Source: Octopus vulgaris (Eukaryota). From it: a stretch of 64,000 bases of DNA. Position 1 is the first letter of the stretch, and each line of letters begins with the position of its first letter. The position numbers and the translations under genes are program-made. The notes below the pieces were generated by a model. The model made no database searches. It saw nothing but the letters and a program-made list of their open reading frames with translations, and was not told the origin of the DNA. Positions 54,239-64,000 of this stretch are shown in pieces. The stretch lies in assembly GCA_951406725.2 (NCBI GenBank), contig OX597840.1:37510001-37574000 (forward strand), given 5' to 3'.

Positions 54239-54445
54239 TTGTGTGTCTGTGTTTGTCCCCCTAGCATTGCTTGACAACCGATGCTGGTGTGTTTACGTCC
54301 CCATCACATAGCGGTTCGGCAAAAGAGACCGATAAAATATATACTGGGCTTAGTACTAAGAATAAGTCCCGGGGTCGATTTGCTCGACTAAAGACGGTGC
54401 TCCAGCATGGCCGCAGTCAAATGACTGAAACAAGTAAAAGAGAGT
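54005..54445 (+). mobile_element. SINE family B, full length
   Basis: GAGTGGCTGTGTGGTAAG..CCGGGTTCAGTCCC..(TA)(TG)..GCAGTCAAATGACTGAAACAAGTAAAAGAG; older degraded copies follow at ~54500-54920. Confidence 0.9.
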
Positions 54446-54930
54446 AAAAGAGTATATATATACAAAATAAACATATAAGATATATAAGATAAACAAGGAT
54501 GTGTGTGTATGTGGTAACAAGTTTGCTTCCCAAACTGACGATTTATTCTGGTTGACCAAAGGTTTCTGGTTTTGGAGCACGGGAAATGAAAGAAGCTCGC
54601 CATATTTACTCGCACAAAATATTTATATTTAAAGTCTTTCTTAATTATTACATCGTGCAGGTATATAGAAATGCATCGTATTATTTCTTCAATATATATT
54701 AACTTAAATATGCGCGTAAGCATATATGTGCGTGTGTGTCTTCGAGGGTTGGTCTGTATCTCCGGCACAGTTGACAAACAGTGCCGGTGTGGTTTCGCCC
54801 GCGTCACCTAGCGGTTCGGCAAAACAACCGCTAGTTTCAGTATCGGTCTTATAAAAAGAACTGTGGCCGATTGAAGGGGACAACCCAGCATGGCCACAGT
54901 CTGCAAACGGAAACAGGTAATGCATAAAGG

Positions 54931-54975
<45 letters not shown>

Positions 54976-54979
54976 ATAG

Positions 54980-55223
54980 AGACAAAATAGAGACAATAAA
55001 TAGAGACAAAACCACTATTTTAAAACCAAACAAGGAAAGACTTAATCAATACATAAAATTTTAATATAAATTAAATAAACCGCCACTACAATTGTTTCAT
55101 GTCTGCTACCGTTTTAAAATAGTGGTTTTGTCTCGAATTATATTATATAATATTTTACTATAAAATTGGATTTAACCCTAAATCTGATTTTTCCCTGTAA
55201 TTTTGGATTCATTCCCTAATATT

Positions 55224-55226
<3 letters not shown>
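54980..55226 (-). mobile_element. short Penelope-like remnant with inverted pseudo-LTR between TA tracts
   Basis: 24-bp perfect inverted repeat GAGACAAAACCACTATTTTAAAAC (55003-55026) / 55111-55134; half hammerhead GAAA CAATTG TA on the minus strand (~55087-55098). Confidence 0.6.
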
Positions 55227-55278
<52 letters not shown>

Positions 55279-55450
55279 GATGGGGTGTATGAATGAATAT
55301 ATATATATATGCATACATATAAGTATGTATGAATATATATTTGTTTTATATATATATATAGTTAATCCAAACATGGAAACACAAAATCGCGATGACCTGG
55401 AACAAATATAGTGTTATTGGACGCTTGGGAAAGTAAAGAAAGGAGGAGGA

Positions 55451-55483
55451 TTTAACGTTTCAAACGGAGCTCTTCGTCAGAAA
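55451..55483 (-). ncRNA. minimal type I hammerhead ribozyme (family H5-related) in PLE 3' end ~55361-55520
   Basis: Minus strand reads ttt CTGACGA a gagc tcc gttt GAAA cg TT aaa. Confidence 0.6.
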
Positions 55484-56486
55484 CATAGAAAAAGAAAAGG
55501 TCCAAGGAAGGGAAGACGGAGAGAGAGAGAGAAAGAGAGAGAAAAAGAGAGCGAGAGAGAAATATTTAGATGGGGTTGTTTGAGTTTGTGTTGGTGTAAT
55601 GTTAAGTTATACTCCGGCAAGGGACGTAATCATTGGTGACAAAAACTCCAATCTTCTCATAAGGCATCGTTTTCGACGTGAATATCTTGTTACATTGTTT
55701 TCTAGTTGGTCTTACATATGTGAAATGCAGCCTTCACCAATGTGCATCAAAAATGGATTGCCTCGCTGGAACACAACCAAATATATTGATGGCAAAAACC
55801 AACAAAATGTAGTGCAACAGATAAACGTAAATATTGAATGAATTTCAGTGCAACTGGTACGTGATTGGCAGCATTTAGAATCTCTATATTTCTATATAAC
55901 CCAGTCTGATCAGTTCACTCCATGAATGTGTCCCGACATCAAATCTTTTACATGATATTACTAATTCAGCAGACAAGAGACATATACAAACAGATAATAT
56001 AGTTTTATATCCAGTAGGAGCGAAGGACATGGCAAGGAGATCTACGTAAGATGTTTCGTTTTATTTTTTTATGAAAGCAATGTTATACACAAATATTTAT
56101 TTAATAAAACAACAGATCTAGTTAAAAATATCCAACCACCAAAGCCATATGGACGGTTCTCATTCCTACTTTCGAAATTCTTCCATTTCTTTCTTTCACT
56201 ATTTCGAATACAAGCAGACATCTTTTCCTAATATCTAAATATACATTTATTCAAGAAACAATAAAATATTTAACTACATACATCTTCGATAAGATAATTA
56301 TAGAATGCCTTTTACGTGTAAGTAAAACGAACATCAAATATTTGTATCAGAATACACATGAGAGATTCCGAAATATGGTTCCTGTTTTTTGATATACAAC
56401 ACGGATATATATATATATATATATACACATATGTGCGTGTGTGTGTGTATATGTGTGTATGTATGTGTGTGTGTGTGTGTGTACGC

Positions 56487-56524
<38 letters not shown>

Positions 56525-56720
56525 GCGTATACACACACAGACGCAGAAACACACAAATAAACGTACATATGTATATATACATACATATATTTACATATGT
56601 ATACACATAAATATATATATATATACATATATATATACATATGTATATATATATATATATATATGTACACATGCATATATATACTTACAGACATTCACAC
56701 GCACATATATAGATATACAT

Positions 56721-56765
<45 letters not shown>

Positions 56766-56885
56766 CATATGTATGCATGCAGCTATCTATATATATATAT
56801 ATATACATACATGTATATATATTTACACACATATAAACACACATATATACATGCACATAATATATATATATATATATAAATAATA

Positions 56886-56923
<38 letters not shown>

Positions 56924-57005
56924 CATACATACACGGACTTTGTAATGTATATGACAAGGAATTCGTGTATGTTAATAAGACATACGCATTTATATATATA
57001 CGTGT

Positions 57006-57068
<63 letters not shown>

Positions 57069-58329
57069 AATATACATGTGTACATGTATATATACATACG
57101 TACATGTTTATATTTATACATATACACACACATATATATGCATTTATTCATATATATATATATCTATATTCTAACTCATATACAATATGTTTCCGTTCAT
57201 ATATATATATACATATCCATACATACATGCGTGCATAGATACGTACACACACATACCTACAGATATACATAGACAAATACCTACATATATACATACATAC
57301 ATCCATACATATACACATGTATGTATAACATGCACAGGTCACATCACGTAACTGTGGAAGAAATTCGTTGGAACGTCACGTCTCGATTTGCTGTAACAAT
57401 CCAATTGACATGTTGTCGCATATTCACCCAAAATCAATATCTTCGATTTCCATCAGCCGATATATCGAGCCAATATCCTCCCAGCCTTCCTAATATACAA
57501 TAACGAAATTCACTGATATAAGTAACCAACCGACCGACCGACCGACCGACCGACCGACCAGCATGTTTTTAATGCGTTTTGCCTTTTCTTTTCTCTTTTT
57601 TTATTTTGGTTGTTTTGTTGCGTTCTCAGTTATTCGTATTTTTATTGTCGTTATCGTCGTGGTGGTCACTTTCTTCGTAATAATCGCCATCATTAGCATC
57701 ATCTCCACCAGCTCAACATCCTAATCTTCGTTATCGCCACCCTCCTCCACCATCGTTACAACCGCCGCTGCCACTACCATCATCATCATCATCAAAAACA
57801 ACAGTAGCATCTTTATCTGTAAGGCCAGCGCCACCACCGAAAGTACGGCAGAGGGAGCAGCAGCAAAATGGTCAGTGTCGTCCATACAAAATCTTATCAT
57901 CATTGTTGTGGTCTTGTTTATTTCTGTCGTTTATTTCTTCCTTCTTCCACCTCTTCTTCCTCTCCTCCTTCTTCTATTCCTCCCCTATACTTCTACTTCT
58001 CCCTCTCCTTCCTCTCTTTCCTCTCCACCCCTTCCCTTTCTCTTCTTCATTTTCCTCTCCGTCTTCCGCTTCTTCTTCTCCTCCCTCATCTTCTTCCGCT
58101 TCTTCCCCTCCTTCCTCCTCTTCCACTTCCTCTTCTCTTCTCCTCAACCTTCTTCCCCTTCTACCCCCTCTCCTCTTCCTTATTATTATTACTCGTATTA
58201 TCATCATCATTAACATCATTACCAACACTACTATCATTATTATAATATTATTAATATCGTTATTATACTGATACCTTTATTGTTAATAATATCATATTTT
58301 GCATGGTATATTCATGTCATACAATTTCT

Positions 58330-58414
58330 CATACATACACATACCTACATACATACATACATACATACATAACATACATACATACATACATACATACATA
58401 CATACATACATACG

Positions 58415-58445
<31 letters not shown>

Positions 58446-58795
58446 CATACATACATACATACATACATACATACTACATACATACATACATACATACATA
58501 CATACATACACCATACATACATACACACATACATACTCATACATACATACATACATACATACATACATACATACATACATACATACACACATACCTACAC
58601 ATACATACACACATACATACCTACCTACCTACATACACATACCTACCTACCTACATACATACATATATACACACATACACCCACCCACACATACATACAC
58701 ACACACATACATACATACACATATACACACACCCACACATACATACACACATACATACATACATACACATACCCATACATACATACATACATACA

Positions 58796-58826
<31 letters not shown>

Positions 58827-58838
58827 CTACATACATAC
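58330..58838. repeat. (CATA)n tetranucleotide array
   Basis: Direct inspection. Confidence 0.95.
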
Positions 58839-59353
58839 GTAACACACAAGAAGAGGTTGGCAAATGCTTTTCTCCGAAGGTCAATCGACAGCACACATTT
58901 ACGAGACAAAACACAGTGTTTTCTGCGCAAGACAAACACAATGTGATATCACTGCGGTCGTCACGAAAGGTGACGCTGTTATCAATACTTATTTTCCCAT
59001 TCTCGCGGATAAAAGAGTCGCAGAAATACGTATTGACAGCAACGCTTTGCTTTCCCTGCAATTTACACATCATGTGCAGTTCTGACACAAACCTTGCTTT
59101 TAGAATATCTCCACTTCGGAACGGCGACATTCTAATGCTAATGGAAACTGCAGCTGTGGCAGTGGCAGCAGCAGCCGCAGTAGCCGTAGCAACAAAAGCA
59201 ACAAGAGGATCAATATTAATAATAATAATAATAGTATGAAGAGCAAGAAGTAAAGGAACCTGGATGATGATGACAATGATATAACAGGAAAAAATATACC
59301 TTGTCGCTATGTATCAAATTGAGTTTATACGCAGATGCCCCCGCATACATATG

Positions 59354-59385
<32 letters not shown>

Positions 59386-59453
59386 TATATGCATATGTGT
59401 ATGTTATCACACATCTGCGTCTATCTATATGCTTCTCGCTCTCTCTCTACATG

Positions 59454-59509
<56 letters not shown>

Positions 59510-59510
<1 letters not shown>

Positions 59511-59700
59511 CTGAAATTTACAGGACAAAAGACGAAGACTGATGGATGAACAGCAAGCAGGTGTGTTAGTTTGACGCTTAGGAGAGGGAAAAAATCTTTT
59601 ACGTTTCGAGCCTATGCAGAAAGGAATAAGAGAAAATATACAGAGAAAGAATAAAAAAAGAGAGAGAATAGAGACAACTTGTGGATTTAGCGGTCGTCAC
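59510..59700 (-). mobile_element. Penelope-like element 3' end (family H5), hammerhead core deleted
   Basis: GACGAAGAC..GTTAGTTTGACGCT..AAAATCTTTTACGTTTCGAGCCTATGCAGAAAG is homologous to 9665-9850 but lacks about 8 nt of the core; abuts (TA)n. Confidence 0.6.
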
Positions 59701-61611
59701 AGTAAATTAGCGAGTTTACAATATCGAAAGATGAGCAGACAGAAAACACGGAATTAAGAACAGAAACCTAGCCAAACTTTTCGAGGATTTCCTTTCGTCA
59801 TCTATCCAAACTAATTATTATGCACACACACACACACACTCAAACATGCATAAATACATACACATACGTATAAAATCTACATACATACATACATTTAGGT
59901 GCCTTTACGGTTACATCCACATGGGCGATTAGCGACATTCCAAGACACGGATTAAGATTTCAACGTTAATCTATTCCCAAGCACTCAGTGGGCTACTTCT
60001 ACTAAATTATCGCCGAATACTTTGTCTTCGCATTTTTTGAAAATATATTCCGGCATAAAAGCATTTTATACACTCAACATCGCAGCGAACTATGTGAACA
60101 TTTTTGTGCAGCTGGCAATGATGATGATGATGAAGATGATTATTATGCCGACAACGATAATAATGGTGTTGATGTCTGCAGTTGGGATGGTCAATCCCGA
60201 ATCTGTATTGAACTTCTCTGACCTCCGTTGTCCGCAAAGAATATGTTAGGGTTTAAGAATCGCTATTGTTCGTGACTCGCCAAGGTCCAGTGTATGTGCG
60301 CGCGCGTGTGTATGTGTGTGTGTGTTGTGTGTGTGTGTTGTGTGTGTGTTGTGTTTGTATATGTGTATGTACATATACGTGTGTGTATCGGTGGACGCTC
60401 GTTTCAGTGTATGCGAACGTGTGTTTGAGTTACTGTAATGTGTATGTATGCATCTGCGTGCGTGTGTGTGTGTGTGTGTGAGTTATGTGTGTGTGTGAGT
60501 TGGCCTTCTTTCCCTTCCTCTGAATCTATTTCATTCCATTCTAGCGCTGCCGTGTCTTTTGACCATTTTATTTGTTCAAACATTCAATGGCATCATTGAT
60601 GAAATATGAGGAATTCACTTGATGGAACTGAAGAACGCCAATGTAAAAGGAGCGTCCAAAGTAGGAAAGCGAAGAAGTCTCCATAATTACCAACCTATCA
60701 CATGATACCAACATAATTCCGATTTCAACATTATCTAAAGAATTTATTATTTCCAAGTTCTTTCGTTTTATTTATTGGCACGAAGAAGGAGACGAAGGAG
60801 ATGAAGAAGGAGATGATGCGGACGAAAAGAAGAAGAAAAAAAAATATGAACGAGAAGAGAGGATGATAAAGAAGAAAGAAGAGAAGTGAAAATGAAGGAA
60901 AGGAGAAGAGAAAAAGGAAAAATGAGGACCTTAATTGGAAGAAGAGAGAAGAATAAGAATAAAAAGAAGAAGACGGAAGAATAAGAATAAAAAGAAGATG
61001 AAAAAGGAAAAGAAGAAGAAGAGGGAAGAAAAAAAGAAGAGGGAAGAAAAAGAAAAAAGAAGAAGGAAGAAGAAGAAGAAGAGGGAATAAGAAGAAAAAG
61101 AAGAAGAAGAAAAAGAAGAGGGAAGGAAAAGAAGAAGAAGAAGAAGAAGAAGAAGAAGAAGAAGAAGAAGACGAAGAAGAATTCTCACATTTACGTTAAT
61201 CTGACGGAAGTGGCAACAATCGAACATGGCGTCTTCAAATTACTACTTGATATAAAATGTCTTTCGCTCTGGCTCCACTCGTCTACAACCTGCTCTATGC
61301 ATGATTGATGTTTCAACGGGTTTCTTAAGAGAATTTCTAAGGACTACAAGATTACGGTGATTATAATAGAGAGAATTGTTGATAGCGCAGGAGTATAATT
61401 ACTTGACAATCATAGCCCCAAAATCACACCGAATCGTTTTAAAAACTGGAAGGCCACAAAGATGAAATAAGCCCCAGTAGAACACGTTTTCTCACAGGGT
61501 TCTTATTGATGACATTTGGCTAAAAAATATCAAAAGAATGGCACACAATATTTCTGTTATTTCTGTAAATATAACAACAGGTTTCACAGCACGAAAATTA
61601 TATCCAAGGCA

Positions 61612-61652
<41 letters not shown>

Positions 61653-61814
61653 ACAACTAGAAAATACAGCAAAATATTATTTGGACCCACCAGGCTCTCG
61701 CTTGATTTTCCACAAATAACAACTCACGTTTGCTTAGAAGATATGTAGAATTTCAGAATGCCAATTGAGAGCCAACCTCCCTCAAATGATACGACACATA
61801 CAGGGAGGTTACCT

Positions 61815-62168
61815 TTTATCTTTTACGTGTTTCAATCATTAGACTGTGGCCATGCTGAGGCACCATGATGAAGAACTTTTGGTCAAATGAAACAATCACA
61901 GTATTTATTCTGATTTTAAGCCTCGTACTTATTCTATCTTTCTCTTTTGCCGAACTGCTAAGTTACGGGGATGTAAGCACATCAACATCGGTTGTCAAGC
62001 GGTGGTGGGGTGGACAAACAAATACACAAAGGCACCCACCAACCCACACACACCCTCTCTGATGAAGGGATATTATTAATTAATATCCTAGAAACAGCTG
62101 TAAGACCTATCTATAAATGGTCTAATATCTATACAGCCTTGGTTTTTTATCTTATTACGCAAACAATT

Positions 62169-62239
<71 letters not shown>

Positions 62240-62392
62240 GACAGGCTTTCAGTTTCCGTCAACCAAATCCACTCGCAAGGGTTTGATCAGCCCACGGCTT
62301 TAGTTGAAAACACATAACCAAGATGCCATGCAGTGCGACTGAGCCCAGAACCATGCGGTCGGGAACCAAGCATCTTACCACACAGCTACGCC
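61815..62392 (-). mobile_element. SINE family B split by a PLE insertion
   Basis: 3' half at 61815-62050 and 5' half at 62240-62392. Confidence 0.8.
62056..62105 (+). ncRNA. minimal type I hammerhead ribozyme (family H3) in PLE 3' end 62055-62170
   Basis: tct CTGATGA a gggatatta ttaat taatatcct a GAAA cagctg TA aga; palindromic stem III ACAGCTGT. Confidence 0.7.
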
Positions 62393-62929
62393 TTATCAAT
62401 CTCTTTAAAGCTAAGCACTTTGGAAAACGCCCAAGTCCACTTCGCCCTTCATGTTTTCGAGGTCAATAAAAAATGGAGCAGTTGCACACTGGGGTCGACG
62501 TAATTGTCTTACCCCTCACCTGAAATTGCTGGCAATGTGCCAAAATTTTAAAACTAATAATTAGACATCGTTTTCATGATAAGGAAACATGTGGATGATA
62601 ACATGCTAGAAATAGCAGCCAAGTTGTCTTTAATGCAAACTTTTGCAGTCCTAAAAGGAAAAGCTCGTTGGGGATAGAGTTTCCTGATTACTTTCATAAA
62701 AATTTGCTCAAACTTTTTAAAAGATTATCGCATTAATCTAGAATTTTCAAATTAAAGTGATAGCATGCTACTTCGTAACATTTTTATACCCAGAACAAGA
62801 GTATGGTCAGGAAATGTTCATTTCTAATCGAATGCCAGCGGTTTCTGTTACCGATTAACATGTATAACTTTGATTGTTCACCCAAGGTTAAAGGGAAAAT
62901 ACGAATGACTATGCTAGAGGTTGGTAAAA

Positions 62930-63115
62930 CTCATGAGGGTCGGGTTCCCGGTTTCCATGGCGCATATATTTCCCTGGACGGGACGCCGATGCATTGCAGG
63001 TTTACTCACTTCTGCCAGCTGAGCGAAACGAAGCAACGTGTCGCTCGCTCCAAGTATCGAAACCAGAATCTTATGATCATGATTCTAACACCCTAACCAC
63101 TAAACTACGCGCCTT
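62930..63115 (-). mobile_element. SINE family C-like, degraded
   Basis: Minus head GGCGCGTAGTTTAGTGGTTAGGG..GGTTTCGATAC; 3' part CCTGCAATG..GGCGTCCCGTCCAGGG..GAAACCGGGAA as in 25980-26280. Confidence 0.7.
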
Positions 63116-64000
63116 CACTTATTGGAAGCAAATTCATTAATCTTCTGGAGCTTCTTAATGTTTCTTAGTACACGATTGAAGTATCCTTTGCACAAGCGGC
63201 AAGGAATTGTATTTGTACAGCATTTTCTTGCTTGTGTGTGTGTGTGTGGGGGGGGGGGGTTAACGAAACTCTACTGACAGAATTGAAGAATTCCTACCCA
63301 AAATAATATTAGATCCCTTCAATGAAATTGCGAAGCTTTCAGAACGTTGATTTAAAGTACTTTTCAAGGCGTTAGATTGGCAGAAATTTTAGAGGGTAAG
63401 ACGAAATATTTTTTTAAATAGTTACTTCGGACCTTTGCCGAAGGAAATATCTTAAAGGCTGTCCGGCAGCAATGATACTGGTGCAAACCTGTATCGGCCC
63501 AAGTCGATAACATTTCTCTTGAATGAGCATCATTGTGGGTAAAGACTGTAAACTTGTACACGTAGATATCTAGCAGTATTCCTTAGAAAATCTTGCCCAA
63601 GCCTTTGTGAACTAGTACTGATTTAATATCAACCTTCACTGACGGAGTCGTTTAGACAAAAGGCGTCCATTAAATATCAAATAAAACTCTTTGAGTCTGT
63701 ATGTTAATGTACCATTCCTTTGCATAAGACTTTTTTGCATTTAAAATATGTCTCGTCTGAAAATATAATTTTAATGCAATGCCTGCTTAGAATCCTTTTT
63801 TAGACAGTTACATCTCATCGATCATCTTCTGGGTATGAGGGGGGATTTTTTGCTTTGATTTTTTGCCATAGAATTTGATTAATTCTAATTTCTGTGTAAG
63901 AGTCTTTCGTAGAATCGATCTGAGGAACTACTTGCAGATTTTCTCTGATAGATAATAATTCTTCGACTGTAGGTGAACTCGCTAAATGCGGAGAGGGGAT

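Noticed and set aside
63300-64000. Complex sequence that may be a decayed retroelement ORF
   Set aside because: Multiple stops and no motif I can recognise; it needs blastx.

Overview
This is 64 kb of AT-rich, microsatellite-saturated eukaryotic non-coding DNA (intron or intergenic). The tRNA-derived SINE families and repeat landscape look like an octopod cephalopod (Octopus) genome; this is inferred from recognition, not from a search. I see no host protein-coding exon, and nearly all ORFs in the supplied track are microsatellite artefacts. The window holds three tRNA-SINE families, dead LINE 3' fragments (RTE; two R4/Dong-like restriction-like-endonuclease (RLE) LINEs), a decayed mariner, a mariner MITE, a long-TIR foldback element and two non-autonomous Helitron-like elements. 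The most striking signal is about a dozen short insertions, mostly abutting (TA)n or (TG)n tracts, that carry minimal type-I hammerhead ribozyme folds. They fall into at least 5 sequence families with palindromic stem III. Three have perfect inverted terminal duplications, the hallmark of Penelope-like element (PLE) pseudo-LTRs. They include a U3-A8 covariant core and a shared A6U core variant.
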